A DNA stretch of 64,000 nt from Balanoglossus misakiensis (Eukaryota > Animalia > Hemichordata), in NCBI GenBank assembly GCA_040954595.2, contig CM082579.2, positions 13,641,834-13,705,833 of the forward strand, read 5' to 3'. A model generated the notes under the pieces. It did not search any database. It was given only the letters and a program-made list of their open reading frames with translations, and had not been told where the DNA came from. The stretch's first letter is position 1, and each line of letters begins with the position of its first letter. This document shows, one piece after another, positions 35,401-48,653 of the stretch. Position numbers and translations under genes: made by a program.

Positions 35401-38400
35401 TTGTCATTCAATACACATAGCTAAGCACACCTACATTTACCTCATGCTATGTAATACTTAAAAAACTCACATCAACATAATTCTCTGGCTTCTTGTACAG
35501 CTGCGTCTTTCTAACTGCATGCCTCAGGAGGTCAGCTGCTTTCGATTGCCTGATTGGGCGGAACGATGCTTCGTAATTCGCGCTATTCCGACACCTCGAT
35601 TTTGGGTCACACCCAGCGTGATTATCCTACATATCGAAAAGATAACATGTACCGTCTATTTGATGGAATTTAAGAAGCACAGTCACGGTTTTGTCCTGAT
35701 GTTGGCATCCACAGATAACTTTAAAAGAATGTGTGATGGCGATGGTTACATTTTCAACTATTTTATTTAATCAAAAAAGTTATTTTTGTTTCATTCAAAG
35801 GTAATTACCTGATAATGAGCGACAATATTGTCTAATTTTTTTCGGATTAGCGCCGCTGCTTCGGTTCGTGCCCGGGTTGTGTTGCCATTGTCCAGAAGGT
35901 GTTGTTTTGCCCGTGTCATGGCCCAGTAGCAATGTGTCTTTACATTGGCCCCTGTGGAGAGATGAACACATAGTTGAATTTGTAATAATTGTTATCACAA
36001 ACGAAATGGCTTTACGTTTAATATCTCCATTTTCAAAGCTGCATAAGAGAAAAAAAAATATTCAACGCATAAAACTGAACATGAAACAGAAACTCGTAAC
36101 CACAGATACCTGACCAAAAGTGAAAACTTAACATTGCGATTGAGAAAACATAAAATGTGTGTGATTTTACCTTTATCTGCAAGTTCAGGGTGCCAGGTTA
36201 CGTTCATGTTTCGTTGTGTCCCCGTGGTTACTCGTTTCATCTCTCGGCCTATTGCCTTGGTAACTGTAAAATAAAAACAAGCATTGATGTTACAGCTCCT
36301 CGCCTACGTGTACACGATGAAACAGAATCAATTAATGGTGCCTGGATTGATGCAACTCTGCCTTGAAAACAAACCTGAATACACATATTCACTTTCAAAT
36401 TATAAGTTTACAGATGATCAAAAGTCGTCAGCTAAAAATGTATGTGACGTCCTTATGTACATGTACTAAATTGGAGTGTTTTTGCTGCTACACCTTCCCC
36501 TGTCAAGTAAGAATGAAGCCTTACCATGCCATGTGTCGTTGCTGCTGATGGTATCTGGCCTTTCCTCTCGCAGGAATTTGTTTACAGACGCGTTGTTGTC
36601 GTGGCCATGAACTAAAATTGGAACCCCTGTAAATGTAATCATTTGCAATAGCCGGTTGTCAGTGTGACATATTTTCTTGCATAGAATTATAATTATCGTT
36701 TTATATGTGGTCCATGTACATGCCTCAAGTTTTGTAAAAACATTTAGCAAGGATTTTACTGATACTGATGGGAAAGCACCGTGTTAATACTATGTTTTAC
36801 CTTTTTCATCAGCCCAGTTATAAAATCGCCTGATCCCAACCATCTCGTGTCTTTGGGAACACGGGTCATCGTGCTTCCTGACCAACTTCTTATGGATGCA
36901 CTTATGGGTTCTAAAACAAAGAAAAATAGTTACAAATAAAGTTATTCGAATTTAATCCAAAATTGCCATATATTACAATAACAGTATACGTCAAAGCATG
37001 TGGCATGTCAGTTCGGAGAAGTGTGTTGATGCCAAACACAATACTCACTGTCGACAGAAATAGCGATGCGATTGAGTGCGTGTAAGGGTAACACATTACC
37101 ATACATATAACCATCATTGCCATAGAGATTAAAAATGTTATTTCTAACGAAAAGTTGTTACATACATGTCACCAAGTACAACTATGTCAGAGTTTTGTGC
37201 ATTCTTTCATGTACCGTGTCATGCATCGCTCATATTTTCAATCCCCAGCTTAATGGTGCGGTCTTCCGATGCGATTTCCTGAAATTGGATTCAAAAACAA
37301 AATGTATTAGGCCTATATGAACACACGGATAAAATGTGGCATGATAAAAATATCAAATAACATTTATTTAGTTGTTTTTGGGTGGTGAAATGTCATAACT
37401 CGTTTAATGCATCATCCATGGATTTGACCGCTTCATTGTGGACAGTTTGTCGGTACTTCTCAAAAACTGAATAAAAAAAAAGACAGACGAGAAATGGGCC
37501 GCCGCAAGGGAAAAGGGCCCTTATGCATGGATTTTTCGATTTTTATTTTTTGTCGTTTTTTGATAGTACCTGTGCTCCTCTTTTCATATGTGTGCCGCTC
37601 ACTATGAACTTACACCTGGAAATGGCATTTGTGGCCCATTGAATGTGACATATGACCTTTGACCTCAGCCCACAAATAAAATTCACTGTTTTTGTTTCAC
37701 AATAAAGAGGTTTAAAAACCAAACATCTTTTCCCAACTACATGGAAGATCTGTATCCATTTATACCGTAGGTACTGACTAAATCAACTTTTTAGGGGGAG
37801 AGGGGGTGTCTGTCATTCCATTATATCATAGGGGTGGAAAGCACACAAGATGATGCTAGTTCTATTTAAAAATACATTTTATTAGACACCACAAGTGCCA
37901 AAACTCTACACATCACATCCTCCGAAAATATGAATATTTACATGACATTATTGACATAACTGTTGCCATGGCTACCAGCAGTCTCCATCTAAACTGTTGC
38001 CATGGCTACCTGTAGTGTCAGAACTCCAACCATTACATCACTGATATTGCTACATACAATTCTAACTATCATTTTTTTCAGATAACATTTAAATATTTAC
38101 AAGTTTGCATTTATTTTCAGTACTACATACATGCAAGAGTATTCAGTGGGTTTTTGGATTTACTCTTCAGGGCAAAATGCATGTCTAAATGGCTGTCTGA
38201 CAAATGGAACAATTTCCTTCTGTAACTCTCTCCATCTGGCTAAACTCATTCCTCCAGCAGGCAATACAGAGGGTTTTATATGTGGTGATGGAGGCCAAGT
38301 AGCATTTCTTTTGAGCAGATCTATACGGACTTCATCATCTGTGACTAATTTTCTAACATATACAGCACCAGGATCATTCTTGGTGAATCTAAAATGATGA

Positions 38401-38992
38401 TAAACACGAATTCCCTTCAATGGTTTGAGAAATGAAGAAAAAAATGAATCCCACTCAAACCATTGAAAGTTGGGATCAGAATTCCGACTGCCATAACATT
38501 TCACATTGTTTATTCGTGAACTTTTTGACACAATGTCTGCCAGCTGCTGAACTGTGTCAACATCACTTCTACGATACACTTGCCGAATCTTACCGAAACA
38601 AGCATCACAAATGCACTTTGTATGACCTGGTTCCAAGAAATGATAATTAATTTCGTCATGTTAACCAGTACTGGTACGGTAACAAAAATAATGAATGACA
38701 GTTTTGTTTTTATTCTGACCTCCACAGTTGTCAGCATGGCAATGACAACTCTTTTCACCCAATCCATGCTCCTCAAAATAATTGTGAAGCATGCTAACTA
38801 CATTATTGGCACCATGGCACTTTCTGTTATCAATGCCAATGGTCTCAGACTCATCAAACAGATAATTCATTTGAGATTGTTGACTATCATTACATATACC
38901 AAAGCAATTTACACGTAGTGGATTCAGAAAATACAGTGGACTAACTTGACGAGACTGATGGGGCAGCAGAAAACTCTGTGCAAAATCAACTG

Positions 38993-39677
38993 TATAATGA
39001 ACATTATGTAAATCATAAGAGCAAGGACTACATGGGGGCTGAACTTCAATGTCTCTGAGTTCATCCTGTGCCTTTCTAATGCACAAGTTCAGAAATTCTC
39101 TTTCATTTTGTGATTTCAAAATGTGTCCTGAGAATGCAATACTAGAGTTCAGTTTGTCTTCTTCTGTTGAGGCAAACTGAATTTCATTCCGGAAGTGTTC
39201 ACATTTGGCACACACATCTGTACGAGGTTCCATTTGCTGAATGTGTGGTACACACAATTTCCAGATATTTCGGAAAGTTGTCTCCCCCACAGGCTGCTTG
39301 GTTGGCTGACAAACATTACAGGCCTCCACATACTTATAATGAACATTATGTAAATCATAAGAGCAAGGACTACATGGGGGCTGAACTTCAATGTCTCTGA
39401 GTTCATCCTGTGCCTTTCTAATGCACAAGTTCAGAAATTCTCTTTCATTTTGTGATTTCAAAATGTGTCCTGAGAATGCAATACTAGAGTTCAGTTTGTC
39501 TTCTTCTGTTGAGGCAAACTGAATTTCATTCCGGAAGTGTTCACATTTGGCACACACATCTGTACGAGGTTCCATTTGCTGAATGTGTGGTACACACAAT
39601 TTCCAGATATTTCGGAAAGTTGTCTCCCCCACAGGCTGCTTGGTTGGCTGACAAACATTACAGGCCTCCACATACTT
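38993..39677. repeat. Tandem duplication, 2 x 342 bp, in frame
   Basis: tataatgaacattatg starts at both 38993 and 39335. The two copies look identical. Confidence 0.97.
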
Positions 39678-39903
39678 CTTATACATATCAGCCTTGGTGT
39701 CACAGGATGGAAGATAAATTGGAGGCCTTCCATCTCTACCACAAGGAGCAGCTGGCATAGGCAGACCATTGTCATCTGCATATCTGACCAGGAACTGAAC
39801 AGCATCTTGCACTGTCTGTTTGGAAAAAAGAATAGTTAAGTCACTCAAAATAAATTAGTGAACACTGAGAACACATATACAGGTTAGATAGCAAACCACC
39901 TAA

Positions 39904-40150
39904 AGGGACAAAGTCTCTCTCTCACTGCCCTTTTTTCCATTAATTATGTTTGATACAAGACACCATTTGTTATTCTACGTGTGGATATAGGGAATCAATG
40001 TTGACCAAACACAACTTCCATCCCACTTGAAAATGCGAGAGTGAAAAACTGGCCGAAATGAATAATCGGTCTCTACCATTTATTCATTTTGACAAGATTT
40101 TTATTCTCATCCTGCAAAGTGGATGTTGTGTGTGGTCGAGCACTGATTCA
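39904..40150 (+). mobile_element. Kolobok/T2-like MITE fragment in a Sola2 intron
   Basis: Starts AGGGACAAAGTCTCTCTC. Homologous to the copies at 48654 and 60432. Confidence 0.7.
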
Positions 40151-43100
40151 ATGTCGGAGGGTCCATGTGAAAGTCTCAGTGTCAATTGGGCATGCTCCAA
40201 ACTGTGGGTGAAAAATACTACTTCAAGATGGCCAGCATATGAAGCAGCTGTCAGGAGGAGGAGACAAGATATTGAGGGGCCCAGATACAGTATTACTGTA
40301 TACACATGATGACTGACTGTGACAATGAGGGCAACAGTGTATTTTTGATGACCTTGGGACTGAGGGCATAGGGAAAACAAGACTGTTTTAGTTGTGACTA
40401 GCAGTCCCGAGGTCATCAAAAATACACCGTTGCCCGAATATGTCAGTCATCATGTGTTTTATAACACACCAAACATGACACACACCACATCCAGGCAACA
40501 GTACCAGGCAGAAACCGATCGAAATCATGCCCTAGGGAACAGTTCGAAATGACTAAGGTCACGTGACGGCGTATTGACGAATCACGATCGAGTGTTCGCT
40601 GCATGGTGTGTTATAATAAATCCTGACGCCTTTGTTACGACTCAAGGCAACAATAAACCGAACCCTGTCTAATCTGGAAACCTGTCTGTACTGAGCACCT
40701 ATTCCTGTCCCTTTGACATAAAAGCACATGTTTGCGTGATAATAATAAACCATAAATATGAAATTTATTACCAAGTATAAGTACACTCTTATACACATTT
40801 ACATGGTATAAGAATATACTTCTTAAAGATATTTGTTATGGCATGCAGAAATGTAATACTTACTTCAAATGAATAGGCATTGGCTGGTCGTTTTCCTCGA
40901 CGACCATGATCTCTGGGTACCACACCATGGATTTTGTAGTGGGCCTTTAAATTCTTGAACCTTTTCTCCCCTATAATTAGAGTTATAGGATGATAATACT
41001 AACTAATACTATCCCAAGATTATGTCAAAACAATGACTTCTCTGTAGTTTAAATCTTCTCAAAATCGTTTGATACACATTTAAAAAGAAATTACTGTAAA
41101 GTTGTGTCTTCTCTTAAAAAATCAACATCAAGATTGTGGGGGCCAGGACACTTAGAAAACTCTTTGAGAAAAATCCCCAAGTAAACAAAGGTCATGTGAG
41201 GGAGGAAAAAGATGACATCATCATCCTTTATTGACTGTCACTGCTGCACTACGGTAAACTACGTGATGTGGGGAATCTATTAAAAATCAACAATCGGATG
41301 CAATAATTCACCTAACAATCCACATTTCGAGTACTCATGCTCGCACAGGGTGTGATGAGGATATCACGACGTGTAAATAAATCATTGGTGCGGCTGCCAA
41401 CGTAAAAATACCCTGCCACTCACCCAAGTTGTGAATGTAACGCCAAACTTTTTCACACACGCGTTGACCATCAAAGATGTAATCAAAGGACTGTCGCGCA
41501 CGTTTACCACCACGGACAGGTTCTCCATGAACCTCACACTGTTCTAACTTTGCAAGGATGAGAACATCAAGATGGTCTTTCTGGAATTCTGACATGTTCA
41601 AACGGTATTCCCACACCCTGTCCACAGCAAAGTTCGAGTAGCACTGGTGTTTACAAACACACCCAGTCCGCATTACGGCCTCCACCGATGGCTTATCCAA
41701 GGCGTCACAGTCATTTCCTTCTTCGCGATCTTCTTGACCCATCTCTGGGTGTAACTGAGAGTACAGTCTCGCCAATTCGACTGGCTCTGCTTCAGGTACT
41801 GGCTCGTCTTCATCGCTATCGTCGTCGTCTCCCTGGTGGCAGTGATCGCGTACACTATCGGCTGAAACAGAACACTGGGAATTCTCCCTAGATTGCGGCG
41901 GACTAAATGTTTCGACCAACTCGTCGTGGCGTTCTTCGAGCAAAGTCCGCAGCTCGGCATTTAATTGCGGGTCGAGAGGTACGGAGAATGCCATGATTTT
42001 ACGCAACGGGAAACATCAGTAGCACAGCGATTTCTGACTCTGACCTCCTTAGCGCTGAGGTCACGTGTATATGAACTGAGCAAAATGGCGGGAATAAAAT
42101 TAGATACAATGTAAACGCTCTACGTGAGAAGTGTTTTTTGAGCTATAGAAATCGAATTCAGTGAAGAAATGACATAAATGTTCTGTGTTTCGTGATATAC
42201 TTTGAATATCTTTTGTCATTTTCTCTAAAAAGTTGGGCAATATACTGAACAAATCCATTTTCCTCCAGCGTGCAGGCGAATATTTGCATGTGAAAAGCAC
42301 ACATAGAACGTCACCTATTCAAATGCAAATTACTAAAAATGACGTACACTTGCATAAGGGCCCTTTTCCCTTGCGGCGACCCAAATATTAGTGATGATTT
42401 GCCTACTTTATATGCCAGCACAGTCATGGGGTGACTGTGATGATGGTCGACAGTTAATACATTTGGAAAAAAAATTGTCTTGACATGTCTTTATATGCTG
42501 CAGTCATGTCTGTAACTCCATGGTCATACAATATATTGAAACAGTCTGAGAATCAATGTAAGTTGACCACACTAAAAGTAGGACTGATCACAAATAAATA
42601 TAAAACTAGATAGTTTCAGCTATAAGAAAGTGTAAGCTTACATTTCGTTCTATACTTGTCCTTCAACGACCCCATATTTGCACTGCTGGTTACAGTGTCA
42701 TAAGTCCGCGTCCGTACGCCAGCTGACAACAACCCGTGTAACAATCTGTTGGATAATGTTCATAGCATTTCAAAGTTACGACGCGAGAGCATAATACATT
42801 GACGTATTCTTGGTAAATAAAAGATGACAAAACAATATAAGTCCGTATCATACAATGTCACTGTATTTACACTTACCTGTAGTTGACGAGTAGTCTCCCG
42901 TTCGGTAAATACGGCGAAGAATTCCAATTGAATCCGTGATCTTCCTCGCACTTGAAACTGACCCTCCCCGCGTGGCCCATCATAGTCGTGCGCTTTGAGG
43001 CAAGAGTTCCTCGACATGCTCCGGAGTGTGATTCGACAGTTTTTACGAGGTTCTGGACAGAGAGGGTCGTTGTCAAATACATCTGGTCCGTTCTATTGGA

Positions 43101-43664
43101 CACCTCTGGTACACTGGTTCGTGGAAAGCACCTTCTTCTGGTTCGTCACGCATACCACCATTGCCGTTCGTTTCGTGACTCGTCAGGAAGAAATCAAGTA
43201 CCGTTGATAACACGTCAAAATTTGTTGCCCTACCCTCCTTCATCAGATTTCGAAGCTTTGAAATTTTACGTTGAATTGCTGTCTTATCTTCAGTAGTTGG
43301 GCCAACAAAATCAACATTTCCGCGGACAGTGTTATCCCGCACCCGACGTATGTGACGATCCCTGATTGCTTCCCTAGTCATGGAAGGACAAATCTCTGAA
43401 CCCGGCATGTTTAAAAAAAACTCGAAAAATTAAAAAAAATGTTGACTGAAAATCTAAAAATATATCAAATTGTAAATAAAGAAAAACTGCAAATGTTTAG
43501 TTTTTTTAATTTTTTATTGGTATTTTAAAAATGTTTTCCTGTTTTTTTGGTTACTTTTTCATGAATATGCGAATTAGATATTACATATTCATGAGCACAC
43601 AGGCATTGCCGAGCTTAGGTGGTTTCCAAGGCTTCAGCCTCGTGGTTGCGTGGTTTCATGTGTG

Positions 43665-45076
43665 CATGGAGGTACTAGAGAGAAGGAGCGAGGACGGATT
43701 TTAAGCGGATTAACTCCCTTTCTTCTGAAGTGTGATAAGCTTCTTAAGTCTTTGTGTTTCTGTGTTGAAAGCGTCCTTTGAACCCACTGTGCGTTACCGC
43801 CGATTTTACAGTTAGGTTTGCAAGATCTACGGGGTAATATTTCTATGATATTAAAAACACAATGCGCACATCGCGGACGAGCGTACTACATATGCGTGGT
43901 GACTTTTATTTACATCTAGGGGTGAAGTTTACGCATCACCACTACCGGAAACGTGTCAGGCGGACGTCTTGGAAGACTTGTGGCGTTATATTTCTTCTTT
44001 GTACAACCAAAAAGCATGATTTTGAAATGTATATTTTGAGTTTTTCGCAAACTTCCGCAAAAAACAATAAGTTGTTAGGTTTTCTTTGAAAACCAATCTT
44101 CCCGATGCAAGTATTTTTGTTCGCGTGGGATGGTGTGGGATGCCCGATAGTCACCATTGTAATTGCTAGTGCAGAGACTTTCGGCACAGCAGTTTGGTCT
44201 GGTTGAATATGCTAAATGTAAATCATGGAGACACGCCGCCAGCTATAATTTGTTTATCTACGCAAGCGCACAGCTTTTATGAACGCCTATCAGGTGATAA
44301 AAGGATGAGATCCTAATGATATCTGCAAACAGATTAAGACGCACATGGGGTTTATAGGAAACAATAGCGTCCTCGCTCCTTCTATCTAGTACCTCCATAG
44401 TCTTGTTCTCACTAAAAGTTTTGACACCGGTGTAATGCCAGTGTTTACTCTCTGCAAACACAGGGGATTAGTCCACAGAATCTCCGTGCGTCCACACACT
44501 AAACTTTTGGCCACTGTTTTGAAATAAACATCGTCTAAATGGCCATGTTTAGCAACACGGCAACTAACAAAATTGAGGACGTCGAGGACATTACAGCAAC
44601 ATGTTGCAGTTTCTATACCTGCATATGCGTTCTAGACGACTTTGTGACAGTTTTGATAATGGAAAATGGAAAATGCCTCAGCTTTTCGGTGATCGAGAGA
44701 ACCTTCCGAAAGTTGGTAGCAGACAGAAGTGTTGCAGACCATGCAAACTGCGAATGGTTTGAAAACCACTCACGTCCAGTGTGATTGACTTAACAATGGA
44801 AACTGACCAAAGACAATGGGCTATACCTAATAAACATACCCAAAAGTCACTGCAGGGTGGCGCTTTTGAACGGTGTTTGTTTATCTTTGCGTTCTCACTG
44901 ACTATTTGCGTCGGAGCGCTGGCCCAGCACTGGCCCTGACCCGCCACCCATCGCCGTCGCAAATCAACACCGGCCCAACACCGGTGTAAAGCGTTCTCAC
45001 TTGTTTTTTTCCGTCGGTGTCAAATCTACACCGCTGTAGCACCGGTGTAAACGTGCCAGTGAGAACGCCCTATATG
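43665..45076. mobile_element. P-like non-autonomous element with a MITE inserted in its right terminus
   Basis: 29-bp TIR GGAGGTACTAGA(G/T)AGAAGGAGCGAGGACG at 43668-43696 and 44368-44396. CATGG start. 7-bp TSD ATGTGTG at 43658-43664 and 45077-45083. Confidence 0.7.
44399..45070. mobile_element. Harbinger-like MITE
   Basis: Degenerate TIRs gttctcact...acaccggtg and caccggtgt...cagtgagaacgccc. A second copy lies at 2925-3538. Confidence 0.55.
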
Positions 45077-46884
45077 ATGTGTGGGCCGGCGTGGACCGAA
45101 ACGGCGAGGTTTTGACGAAAATTCGGCAAAAAAATGTCAAAAATCTCCCCGTTTCGGTCCTTAAATGTGCCCAAAGCTCATAACACATTCAGAAAACGAC
45201 GTTTGCGAGCGAATGGACAGAAGTAAAATAGTCTATGGTATTGTATCGCGACAGACATGTGCATCGTGTGGGCGGTACGCGGTACATCCGATTCATGTCG
45301 TTTTAGTCGATGCCTTCATTTCCTGCCAACGTAATCGTCGGTGTAAGACTGCTTTTTACGGTAAACTGTACAATGAAGGTAAGTTCTTATCAGCTATTTT
45401 CGGATTGCATGTGATGCGAGTTTCGTTCGGTACGTGCGATCGATAGTATGGCATGCAGAGGACGGCCTAAGTATAATCTCATTCTGGGTCATAGCAGTGG
45501 TGTTTTCTGGCAATTTTTGTCTGACATTTTGCGGGCAATTTTCTGATCGACACGGAAAAAGAGCCCGTAAAAAGGAAAAGTACAATTAGCCAGAAAACAC
45601 CACAGCTGCAGCTATGGACCCACGCCACGCACAGTCTGACTTGGGCGGGAAAAACTTGTTTGTAGCATTTTCCTGTGCAACTAGGCCATATGTTAATTAC
45701 TTGTTTGTTAAATCTTGTAACACTCCTTTGTCTCAATTTATTGTGTAGCACACTGTTTCCAGTCTCCTTGTATTAACAAAGTGCCGGTGCAGGTGGTGTT
45801 TACAATGTGAGATTTGAACACTGCCAGGTTGGGGGTTGAAACCAAAGGGTCCCATTATTTTGGGAGAAGTGGTTCAACAACATTGTCAAGAAATGTGCAT
45901 TTTTATGAGTGACAAATATAGATGATTGCCTTTCCATCAAAATTCAAAACTACATAGTTATTGTTTATTAACATCAAGCAGAAAATTGAAAGTCTCAGCC
46001 ACAGCTACAAGATTGGTTGTGGCCACAGCCTGAACACAGACATACAAATGCCATGCATTTGGTACTAAATTTTGGTAGCAAATGACAAGGAAAGAACATC
46101 TGATTTGGAAGTAAATCATACAATGCAAACATTTGGAAAAATTATTTACAGTAAATTAAACCACAACAAAATGAACTTAAATTCACCAAAGTTAACAATA
46201 TCTTGTATATTTACTCTGCATCAGAAGTCACAAAAATCTCCATGTCATTAGAAAAATATGCCATATTTCTGAATGTACGTGTAGTGTACAAAATATGTCC
46301 ACACTGAGTAATCAAATTGCATGCACATACAGCTGGAAATACTTCACCTCTCAGTTATAATCAATATTCCAGCGTTTCAAAAAATGTGTTGCCATTTTTG
46401 TTTGTTTGTACAATTTCAATATACGTTTATTTCTCTTGTAATCTTCCAAATTTGGTGCACAACCCCAATGATTTATGCAATATTCTTGTTCCCACTCTTT
46501 GATTGACAGCTTGGCTATGCTGTATGATTTCATCAGCTTTGTTCCTACTTCACCTTAGCTTCTATATATTCATTTATTAACTTCTTATCATTGGGAAGGG
46601 CCTTCAAAGAATTATTCGACTTCTTTTGTCTCTCCAAGGACAAATATCAGACTGTCCATCGTGGTTGAAGAAGTATCACTAACTTTACTCTGAGATTGAT
46701 GACTCTTCATGTGTGGCTGTTATCTTTGCTGTTGATTTGGCAACTTCTTTGATACTTGACTTGCCTGAATGCAAACAAGAAAACAACATTAAGGTTTAAC
46801 AGCAATAATAATGAGTTTTTCTTAAAGCAATTTCCTTTTGGGCCACTTAAACTGACCTGGGGTTCCGCAAGGTCAACATGAAAT

Positions 46885-47322
46885 ATTGAACACCTATTGC
46901 CTGGCCATGAGGGCCATAGCGGCCGTTTATTACACCCGAGGGGCTGTGAGTTACCAGAATCATATGCGGCCGAGGGAAATAGCATATGATTCTGGTAACT
47001 CACAGTCACGAGGGGGTAAAAACGGCTGCTATGGCCCGAATATAGGCCAGGCTATAGGTGTTTTATAATAAACCTCATGCTAACAGCTGGGAAAATCTTG
47101 CAATTTTTTCTTGAGGCTGGCAGACGACATCTTCAGTGGTGGCCATTGTGTCAGACGACGCGACGCTGATTGACGTGACCGAGTCTGCGCACTCACGCGG
47201 GTCACGTGACCGGTTTATATTTTTTCTGCTATTTCCCTAGCGGTTCATAGTCGATTCTATTTTCCTATCACGTGACGGATTCTGGCGAATCACGGCACAG
47301 TATTAGCATGAGGTATATTATA
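46885..47322. mobile_element. Palindromic Crypton-like MITE in an intron
   Basis: ~175-bp hairpin (ctgtgagttaccagaatcatatgc / gcatatgattctggtaactcacag). Internal acctcatgcta pairs with the terminal tagcatgaggt. Confidence 0.6.
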
Positions 47323-48653
47323 AATGTACATATATGTGGGTGTGTCATGTTTCATATCTTTTCCCGTTCACACACATTTATCTTTCCTTTCTAAAATAAA
47401 ATTGAAATGACTATCTCCTGCACTGTGACATAACTATGTGCTTGGAATGTGGGCTTGCAGATTTATTTGGGGATGGTGGGGGGGGGGAGGAAATAAGAAT
47501 GAGTGGAACCTTGAAATGAACAATCCCATACATGGTAACTTCACTATAGTAATAGTTACCTTCTTGAGTGCAGCAATTTTCCATACCATTGACTTCCATC
47601 CTTTCTGCTTCAACTGTCTCCTCAGTGTGCTCTGTTTCCAAATCACAGTCTGTCATGTTGATGTCTTCCCCTGTACTATGCTGTGTCTGTCTTGTATCTT
47701 CTATTGGTATACTGCAACGGGTCTCCTCAGCATTGCTACCATGTAATGTTATGTTCCTTTCAGGTACACTTGTCGGCTCGATGTCATTCATGTCCATGGT
47801 GATATCAGGGGCAAGTATATCATCTTCTACTGAGAGGATGTGTTCATGGGAACCAGGATCAATCAACAAGTCATGGTCATCATCATCTACACCAATTGGA
47901 TGCTCTGGAATTTCCTCGGATTCTATAAGGTAGTATAAAATATTGACATTTTTTGTAGTGCTTGTATTATATAGTGTTATTTCAAAATTTATTACTGTTA
48001 TAGACTAATCATAATTAAAAAATAATTTCAAACGTTCATTTAACTAAGCCGTTCCAGCCAGTATTTATGTCACTCAATTTTGCTAAATCAGGCGAGAAGC
48101 AACACATTTCGCCCATTAGATATACTTTCATTGAATTCATGTGGTATTGAAAGTTGAACATGGCTGGGTATATATAGGTCAATTAATTTTGACAGGCTGA
48201 AGTGAAAGAAATTCATATTTTTGAAAGTAATGTTTCCCCCAAAATTATATGCATACTGATGAAGTCACTTATTTGGTTTGACTGTGATGTAATATGCTCT
48301 TACGTCTGCTATCATCTTGAAAGCCTGTGACAGTGAGGCTACCACTTCTTTCACCATTGCTGTCATAGAGCTTTATCTTGTGGATTGGTAAAGCAATTGC
48401 TTCACTTCTTACTCTGTCCACACAATCTTACCAACACCTGTTGATATCACATTGTACCTTTTGCAGAGATTATGACCGGAAATGATGCAGATGAGGTCCT
48501 GGTTCCTATAGAAATAAACAGGTAAGGAGATTGATCAAACATTCTTTATATAACAGTTTACACACAACACCAATGGCTAATGTAAGTACTATAATCTTGG
48601 ACAATTTTTACAATATAATTTTCCAAAATAAATAAGGATTTGCATGCTGTTAA

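Larger units (their letters stand above)
38160..41994 (-). pseudogene. Sola2 transposase (3 exons: 41994-41424, 40970-40864, 39815-38160)
   Basis: Motifs VDFAQ, HADNCGGQNKN and FLEPGHTKCICDACFG. In-frame TAA at 38661-38663 and an internal 114-aa duplication. Splice phases are consistent. Confidence 0.85.
37496..42382 (-). mobile_element. Full-length Sola2 DNA transposon
   Basis: 32-bp TIRs GGG(C/T)CGCCGCAAGGGAAAAGGGCCCTTATGCA at 37496-37527 and 42351-42382, with one mismatch. 4-bp TSD AAAT on both sides. Confidence 0.9.
34826..43408 (-). pseudogene. Multi-exon Kolobok-superfamily DDE transposase pseudogene
   Basis: Exons at ~43408-42877 (frameshifted; C..GHA...C..H..W.SSPY), 42745-42642, ~37466-37398, ~37277-37166 (SDA*HGT*KNA, decayed DARH), ~36910-36801 (SQRHE), ~36626-36523 (HDNN...NDTWH), WHPELADK, ~35180 (THYVESFNN) and ~34990-34826. 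Boundaries are mostly GT-AG. Confidence 0.7.

Noticed and set aside
45630-45650. CACAGTC as an RSS/Transib heptamer ending the RAG1-like element
   Set aside because: No matching inverted copy at the other end, and it lies inside the inverted repeat of the 43617-45657 module.
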